Shown here piece after piece: positions 1 through 8,513 of a stretch of 64,000 bases of DNA. The position numbers and the translations under genes were made by a program. The notes beneath the pieces are model-generated. The model was not told the origin of the DNA and searched no databases. It saw only the letters and a list, made by a program, of their open reading frames with translations. Within the stretch, counting starts at the first letter, position 1. Each line of letters opens with the position of its first letter. This stretch comes from an uncultured bacterium (GTDB lineage: Bacteria; Krumholzibacteriota; Krumholzibacteriia; Krumholzibacteriales; Krumholzibacteriaceae), in the NCBI GenBank assembly GCA_963813815.1, contig CAWFAD010000016.1, positions 448,001 through 512,000 of the forward strand, read 5' to 3'.

Positions 1-1439
1 CCGCCCGTCACGGCCATGCGGTTGAGGAACTCGAGGTCGGGGCTCGACAGGTCGCGGATCACGCTCGTGATCATGCCGCCGACGGTGCTCCGGCCGCCGT
101 TCAGATCCTTCTTGGCGCTGGCGAGGAGGTAGTTGGTCCTGGGTTCGACGGCGACCCCGATTTGCTCGCCGCCCGGGAGCTCGACCGTCGCCGTCTCCTT
201 GTCGGTCACGGCCTCGAGGATGCCGATGGAGACTCCGCTCGAGGTCTTGCCCGCTATCTTGGCCGCGCCGAGGATCGTCGTAAACTGCGGCGCGTCATCG
301 TGGAGTCCGTCCGTGTCGATGAAGCGTTCGGAATCGAGCGCCGAGAACTGGGGCGAACGGCCGATCCGCCGGGAGTAGAAGAGCCGCTCCGCGTCGCTGT
401 CGCCGAACATGAGGCGGTATTGAAAAATATTGGCCCCTTCCATGAAGAATGGGCGCTTCTCCTCGAAGTACGATTCGTAGGCGGTGAGATTGAACTCGGA
501 CGGATCCTGCTCGACCTGTCCGAAGTCGGGGTTGATCGTCATGTCGAGCGTGATGTCGGTCGTGAGGCGATACTTGAGATCGGTTCCGAGGCGGCCGCTC
601 CAGCGCGGATCGTCCCGGAACGGATCGTCTCCGGCGTCGCCGTAACGGTCGACGCTCCCGACGGCATAGGGAAGAAGCTCGAACTTCGCCGGAGAGGGGA
701 TGCGCTCGAGACCCTCGAGCCGGCCGAAGAGCGACACGAACTGATTCGCGCTCCTCGGCACCGGGTACAGGAACGAGAGCTCGTCCATGCGGCATATCTG
801 GCGCGCCGCTTGAAATCCCCATCGGTGCGTTTCGCGGTTGTTCGCGAACCTGAGCTGGCTCCAGGGAACGGCGAATTCCGCCGACCATCCGTCGGCGTCG
901 ATGCGCGTGCCCACGTCCCAGACCGCGTCCCAGTTGCCGTCCTCCTCCGTATCGTTGAAATAGAAGATATCCACTTTCGTGCCCGCGGCGTTCACCCCGA
1001 AGAGAAACGCCGAGCGCTTGTCGTCGTAGCTGTCGAATCCGACGTAGAGCCAGTCGGAAGGCATGTCGTTGTCCCTGCGCGCGAGGTGCCCGACGATCGC
1101 CCCCGGGGTTCTGTCGTACGCTTTCATGCCGACGTAGATGCATGCGTCGTCATAGACGACCCGAACGGTCGTTCTCTCCGTCGCGGGACGGCCGTCATAG
1201 GGCTCGTGCTGGATGAACCCCTCGGCGGCCGGCGCCCGCTCCCAGTCTCTCTCGTCGAGGGCGCCGTCGACTCGTATGCCGCCGTTCACGGTTCGGACCG
1301 CCGTGACGGGGCTCATCGCGTTCCCCCTCGCGTCCGCTGCGGTCGAGTCCCGGGACGTCTCAGCCCGAAGAGCGCCGGCCGCGGAGGCGGCCGCGACGAG
1401 GAAAGCCGCGATGAGGGCGGCAGCTGCGGGGTTTCTCAT
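1..1439 (-). CDS. Secreted CBM9-like/DUF5916-type protein (3' end runs off the window)
   Basis: Translated by hand from the minus-strand ATG at 1439: signal peptide MRNPAAAALIAAFLVAA, then IRVDGALDERDW...FIQHEPYDGRPATERT...DSYDDKRSAFLFGVNAAG, typical of this family. AAAGGTG lies upstream. Confidence 0.8.
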   Translation of the reverse strand, partial: MRNPAAAALIAAFLVAAASAAGALRAETSRDSTAADARGNAMSPVTAVRTVNGGIRVDGALDERDWERAPAAEGFIQHEPYDGRPATERTTVRVVYDDACIYVGMKAYDRTPGAIVGHLARRDNDMPSDWLYVGFDSYDDKRSAFLFGVNAAGTKVDIFYFNDTEEDGNWDAVWDVGTRIDADGWSAEFAVPWSQLRFANNRETHRWGFQAARQICRMDELSFLYPVPRSANQFVSLFGRLEGLERIPSPAKFELLPYAVGSVDRYGDAGDDPFRDDPRWSGRLGTDLKYRLTTDITLDMTINPDFGQVEQDPSEFNLTAYESYFEEKRPFFMEGANIFQYRLMFGDSDAERLFYSRRIGRSPQFSALDSERFIDTDGLHDDAPQFTTILGAAKIAGKTSSGVSIGILEAVTDKETATVELPGGEQIGVAVEPRTNYLLASAKKDLNGGRSTVGGMITSVIRDLSSPDLEFLNRMAVTG

Positions 1440-1574
1440 GAATGCACCTTTCGGCTCGCTCGATTGTGGAGCCCGGCCAAGTCCCCTCCTTATTGTCTCT
1501 AACGGCGAAACGACTCTCCGGGTTGCAGAAAAATCGAGCTCCAAGCGAAATGACGAGGCGCGCCGGATATCGAG

Positions 1575-1604
1575 TTGCCCGGCGCGCCGGGGGCGGCGTA
1601 TAAT
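1575..1604 (+). promoter_or_regulatory. Putative sigma70 promoter for a leaderless transcript
   Basis: TTGCCC-N18-TATAAT, ending 7 nt before ATG 1612; no Shine-Dalgarno. Confidence 0.55.
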
Positions 1605-1611
1605 GCGCGCC

Positions 1612-3504
1612 ATGAAACGCAGGGTTCGTTGCGCCGCGCGGTATCTTTTTGCCGCCGCTCTCGTTGCGGCGGGAGCCGCCGCGGCGCGGGGGAGCGAATC
1701 CCCCTCGATCGATAGCGAGCAAACGGGCGAGCCGTGGTGGATGCGGCAGACCGCTCTCGAGCGGGACGGAGCAATGGGCTCTCTCGCCGGGCGGCCATGG
1801 TGGAGGCAGGCGCTCGCGCTCCGCGCCGGAGAGAGCTTCGTCGTCCCGGCGCCGGGCGAGGCGAGGGGGCGCATGCTGGTCCGCCGCGAGCGGCTTCCCG
1901 CATCCGGCGCTCATTCCGGGGATGCCATCGTCTGGATCATCGACGATGACGGCGACGGAAGCGTCGCCAGGGGGGGCGACCGCGACGAGGATTGCTACGT
2001 GGTCGATTACGGGTGCGACGGCTCGGTCGACCGCATGGTCGATTACATCGATAACGACGGCGACCGCGACATGGACGAGGTCGATATCCGCTACTTCACC
2101 GAAGGGCGTCTCAACTGGGCCTGGTTCGGCGAGGACGTCGACGACGACAACGCCGTCCGGAACATCGTCGACTACGAGTGCGGCGACGAGTTTCGCGGGG
2201 ACCCGTACGGCGACAATCTGTTGTACTTGAACAAGTACAACCCCGCGAAAGGCGAATGGACGCCCCTTTCCGAGTGTCCCTTCGCCTTCTACGACACGGA
2301 CGGCGACGGATTCAGCGAGACGGTCGTGCGCGTGAGCGTCGCGCCGCAGGGACGCGACTCGAACAAAGCCCCGGATTACGCGAACAGCTCGTTCCACCTT
2401 CCCTGGGACCCGTCCCTCGAGAACGCCGCCGTCGTCAACATCCGGTACAGCTTCGACGTCGATCGCGGCAGCTCCCGGACGACGCCGCTCCACTATGATT
2501 TCGGGTTCAACCTCGTCGGATCGGCGCCGTACCGTTTCCCCGGGATGGTTCGCGACAATCCGAAACGGCGCCCACCCCGGCGGACGATCGCGATTCCGTG
2601 GAAAGACGTGCGCGCCGTGGCGGACGGATGGCGCGCGGATGAGACGGGTTTTTCATGGAACGAGAACGTGGACGAGACGGTGGCGAACGGGGCCGCTCCG
2701 GAGGACGCGTACGATTATCGCTGGGAAGGCGTGTTCTGGATGTGGGAGCGGCGTTTCATGCCCAACACGGGCGGACCGTGCCAGAAGTGGAACATGCGTC
2801 GCGAATGGAGAGGCAAGCCTTCCGGCTCGCGCGAGCTCTACTGGAGCGGAGTCGATCAGCGGATCCACCTTCTGGGAGCCGAGGAGGGCTGGATCGAAAT
2901 CGGACATTTCGGAGGCATGGGAGCCGTCGGCGAGGTGCGGATGTACGACACCGACGGGAACGGCTTTTTCGATCGTTGGGAGGTGTACCTCGAGGACCGC
3001 GAGCAGCCGGTGCGGGTCACGACCGTCCGGGATGAGCGCGCGAGGCGCATCGACTCCGCCCCCGATCGATTGACCGCCTTCTATGTCGACGATGCGCTGC
3101 CGCGGGCGATCGCCGGACGCCGCAAGCTCATGAGGGCGATGGGCGCACGGCGGGCCTTTGCGATGCCGGAGGGGCTCGAGCGCGCCATGGAGGCGGGGCC
3201 GGCGGGCTATCGCCGGTACGCGATGGATGTCGCCTGCGAGCTCCAGTATCAGGATTTCCGGGCCTCGCTCCTGCGTCAGGCGAACGAGGTTTTGCGGAAG
3301 GAGCGCGACACGCCGCGCTTTCGCTTCATGGGCGATCTCCTCCGCCCCCGGAAATCGACGGCGAAAGGAATGGAGCGCGGCAAGGACAGTCAGGACGCCT
3401 GGAAGCTCATGCGGACGCTCGCCGATCTCGACGCGGCCTACGGCCGCGGCGATACGGAGCGCGCCTGCGCCGCCATCGGCGAGATCGATCGAATGTGGAG
3501 GTGA
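1612..3504 (+). CDS. Secreted hypothetical protein with multiple DxDxDG Ca-binding-like motifs
   Basis: Signal peptide MKRRVRCAARYLFAAALVAAGAAAA; motifs DDDGDG, DNDGD, DTDGDG, DTDGNG. Confidence 0.75.
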   Translation: MKRRVRCAARYLFAAALVAAGAAAARGSESPSIDSEQTGEPWWMRQTALERDGAMGSLAGRPWWRQALALRAGESFVVPAPGEARGRMLVRRERLPASGAHSGDAIVWIIDDDGDGSVARGGDRDEDCYVVDYGCDGSVDRMVDYIDNDGDRDMDEVDIRYFTEGRLNWAWFGEDVDDDNAVRNIVDYECGDEFRGDPYGDNLLYLNKYNPAKGEWTPLSECPFAFYDTDGDGFSETVVRVSVAPQGRDSNKAPDYANSSFHLPWDPSLENAAVVNIRYSFDVDRGSSRTTPLHYDFGFNLVGSAPYRFPGMVRDNPKRRPPRRTIAIPWKDVRAVADGWRADETGFSWNENVDETVANGAAPEDAYDYRWEGVFWMWERRFMPNTGGPCQKWNMRREWRGKPSGSRELYWSGVDQRIHLLGAEEGWIEIGHFGGMGAVGEVRMYDTDGNGFFDRWEVYLEDREQPVRVTTVRDERARRIDSAPDRLTAFYVDDALPRAIAGRRKLMRAMGARRAFAMPEGLERAMEAGPAGYRRYAMDVACELQYQDFRASLLRQANEVLRKERDTPRFRFMGDLLRPRKSTAKGMERGKDSQDAWKLMRTLADLDAAYGRGDTERACAAIGEIDRMWR

Positions 3505-4748
3505 CCGACATCAGGAAATGCATTCCAGTACTCGCGGCCTTCGGCCTCGCGCTCGCCGCGGGGGCTCCGCTCATCGGTTGCGGCGAGCGGGAAACGCCCC
3601 AGAGGGGCATCGCCGCGGGCGACAGCGCGGTCGCGGCCGGAGGGGCCGCGCGAAGCGGAATCGGGGATTCCCGCCGGCCGAGCGCGGCGCGCCGGGATAC
3701 GGTGTATTTCTTCATGTCGCGGCGCGGGCACGACGCGAATTCCGGCTCGCGGGAGCGGCCGGCGGCGACGCTCGAGCGCATACACGAGCTGGTCTCGCGA
3801 GCGTCGCCGGAAGCGGACGTGGTCGTCAAGATCCGAAGCGACGCGGGCGTCTACTACGATCAGTCCGTCGTCTGGACGTACTACCGCCCCGAATATTCGA
3901 TCACCATCGAGGCCGATCCGCCCGGGAAGAACGCGCGATTCGAGGCCGGAGAGACGCCCCCCACGAGGCCGTTCTTCGGGCTGAGCGCCATGCGCGGGGA
4001 GCCCACGAACATCACCCTGCGGGGCTTGACGGTCAGAAACTACATCAGCCGGGCGGTGCTGTTTCTGGGGGACCGGGAAACCCGCGGCAACTGGAACGGC
4101 CGAAACTCGATCGAGCGGTGCGTGTTCGAGAATATCGGCAACGCGCGGTCGCCGGCGCAACCGATCGTGTATTCGGCGGTCGGCGTGGTGAACTCGAGAA
4201 ACAACAGAATCGTCGGGTGCACTTTCGTCGACATCAAGAATCACACGCTCGCGAACTTCACGCAGGACGCGAGCGGCGCCGAGCGCGAGCTGCCGCCCGA
4301 GGTCATGGAGAGCGCGCTGAAGCTGCGCGCGATCGGCCCCGGCAGCAATCCCAATATCCCGATCGTCGGCGTTTATTTCGCGCATTACAGCGACTCGAAC
4401 GCCGTCGAAGGCTGCGAGTTCAAGCGCATCAAGGGGGATCCGATACGGATACGGGACGACTCGAACGGCAACGTGATCGCGAACAACCGGTTCGAGCTCG
4501 CGGGCTGGAACGCGATCGTCTCGACGTGGTATTGCGATTCGCCGCGGCAGAACTGCGTGAAGGAGTTCGGCTTCGAGAAGATATCGATGGGGAACGCCAT
4601 TCTGAACAACACGGTGTCGGGAAACTGGCGGGGAGGCATGCCGCGGATCTTCTTCGACATGCGCGCTCCGGAAGGCGTCTCGGGCCGCGAGCCGCCGAGC
4701 CCGCTCGTCATGAGAATCGAAGGCAACGTGCTCGACGTGTACCGGTGA
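3501..4748 (+). CDS. Secreted/lipoprotein with right-handed parallel beta-helix repeats
   Basis: GTGA overlap with the upstream stop; hydrophobic leader ending LIGC; GHDANSGSRERPAATL motif; repeats like NNRIVGCTF, NAVEGCEF, NVIANNRF. Confidence 0.75.
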   Translation: MTDIRKCIPVLAAFGLALAAGAPLIGCGERETPQRGIAAGDSAVAAGGAARSGIGDSRRPSAARRDTVYFFMSRRGHDANSGSRERPAATLERIHELVSRASPEADVVVKIRSDAGVYYDQSVVWTYYRPEYSITIEADPPGKNARFEAGETPPTRPFFGLSAMRGEPTNITLRGLTVRNYISRAVLFLGDRETRGNWNGRNSIERCVFENIGNARSPAQPIVYSAVGVVNSRNNRIVGCTFVDIKNHTLANFTQDASGAERELPPEVMESALKLRAIGPGSNPNIPIVGVYFAHYSDSNAVEGCEFKRIKGDPIRIRDDSNGNVIANNRFELAGWNAIVSTWYCDSPRQNCVKEFGFEKISMGNAILNNTVSGNWRGGMPRIFFDMRAPEGVSGREPPSPLVMRIEGNVLDVYR

Positions 4749-4845
4749 CGCCGCGGGGCCGGCCGTCTTGACACGCGATGCAGCGTGCTTCATGGTCACG
4801 TACGGGTCATATCGTCGGCTGAAAAACAAGGGGAGGTGACTGCTC

Positions 4846-5613
4846 ATGAAGAAGCTCTCGTTGTTCGGAATGCTGGTCCTGCTCGTCGCGGCATTCTGGA
4901 CGATCGCGTCCGTTCGCGACGCCGAGGCGCAAAAGCGCGGAGGCAAGAGCAGCGGCAAGGCCGCGAGTCAGAAGACGGCCGAACAGACGATGAAGAAGGC
5001 GGAGCAGAAAACGGGGGATGCGGCCGAAGAGAAGGGAAAGGCCGCGAAGAAGGCGTACCAGCCGAAAAAGCTCACGAGCGAGGAGATGAAGCAGTGGGAG
5101 GGCGGAACCCCGCCCGGCTGGTCGATGGGTACGAAGAAGGGTTGGGGCGAGGGCGCCACGCCTCCCGGAGAGATGAAAAAGGGCGGCGAGCCCGGCGGCC
5201 AGATGAAGCAGGCCGGCTCCGCGCAGCAGCAGGAGAAGCTCGATCAGGCGAAGGAGCGCATCCGCACCCGGATTCGCATGCACGATGGCAAGGGCGAGAC
5301 GAAGCGCATAGAGAGCCAGAACGAGTACGAGGGAAGCGCCGTCCGCTCGGTCGAGGGAGCCGCCCGCATGGGCGTTCCCGTCGAGCACGCGGAGGCGGCC
5401 GTTCAGAAGGGGATCGACCGGGGCATGACCGGCGAGGAAATCGAGAAGGTGACACGGGCCATGGCCTACGGAGCGGACAAGGGGACCGATTACAATAAGC
5501 TCGGCGCCTTCATGGACGGGAAGATGGCGGAGGGAGAGCGCGGGGACGAGCTGGCCAGGTCAATCTACCAGGAGATCGACGAGGGGGGCGCACGCAGCAG
5601 CAGGAGCCCGTGA
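4846..5613 (+). CDS. Secreted Lys/Gly-rich hypothetical protein (true C-terminus probably extends to 5672 across an indel)
   Basis: GGGGAGG RBS, signal peptide, PPGWSMGTKKGW motif; an out-of-frame tail QQQEPVKEQTQTKKEPWYKRLFSRG* follows a G6 run. Confidence 0.75.
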   Translation: MKKLSLFGMLVLLVAAFWTIASVRDAEAQKRGGKSSGKAASQKTAEQTMKKAEQKTGDAAEEKGKAAKKAYQPKKLTSEEMKQWEGGTPPGWSMGTKKGWGEGATPPGEMKKGGEPGGQMKQAGSAQQQEKLDQAKERIRTRIRMHDGKGETKRIESQNEYEGSAVRSVEGAARMGVPVEHAEAAVQKGIDRGMTGEEIEKVTRAMAYGADKGTDYNKLGAFMDGKMAEGERGDELARSIYQEIDEGGARSSRSP

Positions 5614-5717
5614 AAGAGCAGACGCAGACGAAGAAGGAACCCTGGTACAAGCGTCTCTTCAGTCGGGGCTAGGTATCGAGCGCAGCGCGCGCCGGCGGAT
5701 TCGGGATCTACGAAACG

Positions 5718-5748
5718 AAAGGCGCCTCCCCGAGGGGAGGCGCCTTTT
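5718..5748. terminator. Bidirectional intrinsic terminator
   Basis: aaaggcgcctcccc-gag-gggaggcgcctttt between convergent genes. Confidence 0.8.
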
Positions 5749-5755
5749 CATTATT

Positions 5756-7284
5756 TCAGCCGAGACTTCCGATTTCCCGTTCGACCTCGTCGAGGATTTC
5801 GCACGACCGGACGAGCTCCTTCATGCGCGTGTGATCGGGATAGAGCGGGCGATCGATGTCCAGAAACTCGACGTGCCGGCGGATCACCTCTTTGGCCTTC
5901 GTTGTACCGCGGCCGAACTTGAACTCGCGGAAATCGAGCGCCTGCGCCGCCGCCATGAACTCGATGCCGAGCACGCCGATAGGCGTTGTCGAGAATCTGG
6001 AAGTTCTTGATGGCCGTGTTCATGCCCATCGAGACGAAATCCTCCTGATCGGCCGCGGCCGGAATCGACTGGATCGAGGCCGGCATCGAGAGGATCCGCT
6101 GCTCGACGATCTGCATGTCCGCGGTGTACTGGCTCAGCATCATGCCCGGAGAACATGCCCGGCGCCCTTGGTCAGAAAGGCCGGGAGGCCGACGTTCAGG
6201 GCGGGATGATTGAGCCGGTTCATGCGCCGCTCGCTGAGGACGCTCACCATGCGTGATCGGCCGCGCTGATCATGTCCATCGGGAGCGACACCGGCGATCC
6301 CTGGAAGTTGGCTCCGGAGATCTGCAGGTTGCGCTCGGGGAAGAAGATCGGGTTGTCGCCGACGCCGTTGAGCTCGATTTCGACCTGCGAGCGGGCCCAG
6401 CGCACGGCGTCGTGCGCCGCGCCGATGACCTGCGGGGTCGAGCGCATCGAGTATGCGTCCTGCACCTTGGTCTTGGCCTTGCCGGCGAGGACGTCTCCGC
6501 CCTCGACGCATTTCAGAATGGCGTTCGCGGAGCGGATGGCGCCCGCGAAGCCCCGGACCTCGTGGAGGAGCGGCGTGTACGGTTTCATGTTCGCGATGAG
6601 CGCCTCGAGCGTCATCGCCGCGGCGATCTCGGCCTGCTTGAGCCAGCGGTTGGTGTCGTAGAGCATGAGGGCGCTCATCGACGTGAGGAGGTTCGAGCCG
6701 TTGATGGCCGCGAGTCCGTCGCGCGCCTCGAGCCCGGGAACGGGGATGCCGGCCCGCTTCATCGCCTCGGCCCCCGGAAGAAGCTCGCCCTCGTAGTAAG
6801 CCTGTCCTTCGCCGAGAAGCAGCAGCGCGATCTGCGACATCGGAGCGAGATCGCCGGACGCGCCGACGGAGCCCTTCTGACATACGAACGGCGTCACGCC
6901 CTTGTTGAGCATCAGGACGTACGTTTCGGCGATCACCGGGCGGTTGCCGGAGTTGCCCTTCGAGAGAACGTTGATGCGGGAGGTCATCGCGGCCCGGACG
7001 TACTCGATCGGGGCCGGGTCGCCGATGCCCGCGGCGTGGTTGTAGATGAGGTAGCTCTGGAAGTCCTTGACCTGGTCGTCGTTCAGGACGACCTCGGAGA
7101 ACTCGCCGATGCCGGTATTGACGCCGTACATGATCTCGTGGGCGACGATTTTCTTCTCGAGCATCGCGCGGCATGCCGTCATGCGCTCGATCGCCTCGCG
7201 GGCGATTTCGACCTTTTCGCCGTGCCGGGCGACCTGAACGAGCTTCTCGAGTGTGAGCGTTTTGCCGTCGAGGATGATGGCCAA
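5756..7284 (-). pseudogene. hutH: Histidine/aromatic amino acid ammonia-lyase, frameshifted in its 3' third (possibly sequencing error)
   Basis: MIO-forming GSVGASGDLAP, YGVNTGIG, QDAYSMRSTPQV, DNP, GANFQG and QEDFVSMG motifs spread over several frames; AAGGAGG RBS before TTG. Confidence 0.85.
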
Positions 7285-7418
7285 GGCGACCTCCTTGTAT
7301 CAGTTTATTTTACAATACGTTAAGTTTGAGCGCTTCTTGCGGGAGCGCGGGCTCAGGCACAATATTGATAATGAATTCGCGCCGATTTGTCCACCGAAAA
7401 CGCCCCTTTCGGCTCGGC

Positions 7419-8294
7419 TCAGAGCCCGCGCATCCACTCGTCGCGCAGGTATCGCTCCGGCTCGGCGAGAGCGCGGTCGATCTCGGCGAGGAGGCGGTCG
7501 CGGTCCCCCACGAGCGTGCCGGCGAGAGGGAGATAGTTCGATGCGTGGTTGCTCCGGAAGATGCAACCGTCCGCTTCGATCCCGGCGAGGAGCTCGCGCA
7601 GCTCCATCGCGTCGTCCACCGGGCCGTTGTACTCGAAATCCGGTCCCATCGCTTCCCGGAACTCCCCTTCGTAGGGACCGAGCATGAGCGTGAGGGCCGA
7701 GAGGAACCGCGGCCGGATGCGGTTCACGAGCCTCGCCGTTTCGCGGGCGTGGCGGAGGCTCCCCTTTTTGCCCGCGAGGCCGAGAATGACCGTGACGGAG
7801 AGCTTGAGCCCCGCCTCCTGCGCCCGCAGGCATCCCTCGGCCATCTCGTCGGGGGTGGCGTTCTTGTGAATCTTCTCGAGGAGCTCCGGGTCGCCCGTCT
7901 CGACGCCGTAGTAGATGATCTTGAGCCCCCGCTCGGCGATGAGGCGCATCTCGGGGACCGTTTTTCTCAGCAGATTCGGGGGCGAGGCGTAGGCCGAGAC
8001 GCGCTGCAGCTTCGGGAACGACGCAGAGAGGTAGTCGAGAATGCGGACGAGAAGGCGCGCCGGCAGCACGAAGGCGTCTCCGTCGGCGAGAAACACTCGC
8101 CGCGTTTCGGGGGCCATCGCGGCCGCCTCGTCGATATCGGCCCTCAGGCGATCCCACGGCCTCACCCGGAACGGCTTGTCGCGGTACATGTAGCAGAACG
8201 CGCAGGTGTTGTTCGAGCAGCCGATGGTCGCCTGGAGAATGAGCGAAGGGGCCTCGCTCGGGGGCCGGTAGACCGGTTCGATGTATTCGATCAT
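7419..8294 (-). CDS. Radical SAM protein
   Basis: VYRPPSEA, CSNNTCAFC (CxxxCxxC), FLADGD, FRSNHASNYL. Confidence 0.85.
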   Translation of the reverse strand: MIEYIEPVYRPPSEAPSLILQATIGCSNNTCAFCYMYRDKPFRVRPWDRLRADIDEAAAMAPETRRVFLADGDAFVLPARLLVRILDYLSASFPKLQRVSAYASPPNLLRKTVPEMRLIAERGLKIIYYGVETGDPELLEKIHKNATPDEMAEGCLRAQEAGLKLSVTVILGLAGKKGSLRHARETARLVNRIRPRFLSALTLMLGPYEGEFREAMGPDFEYNGPVDDAMELRELLAGIEADGCIFRSNHASNYLPLAGTLVGDRDRLLAEIDRALAEPERYLRDEWMRGL

Positions 8295-8513
8295 GAGCGC
8301 CTCTCCCGCCGCGCGCAGCGACGCGCCGGCGGTATGGTAGTGAAAGCGCGGGGGCATTTCAAGTTGAAAGCCGGCGGCGGATTGCGATAGAGTCCTCCCC
8401 GGCGAGCCCGCGCGCGAACGGCCGAGGGCGGCCGTTCGCGGAGCGGCGCCGCGCCCGCGCCGGTCGCGCGGCGGGCGGAGGCGTATCGATTCCTGCAGGA
8501 CGGGAGGATGTGT

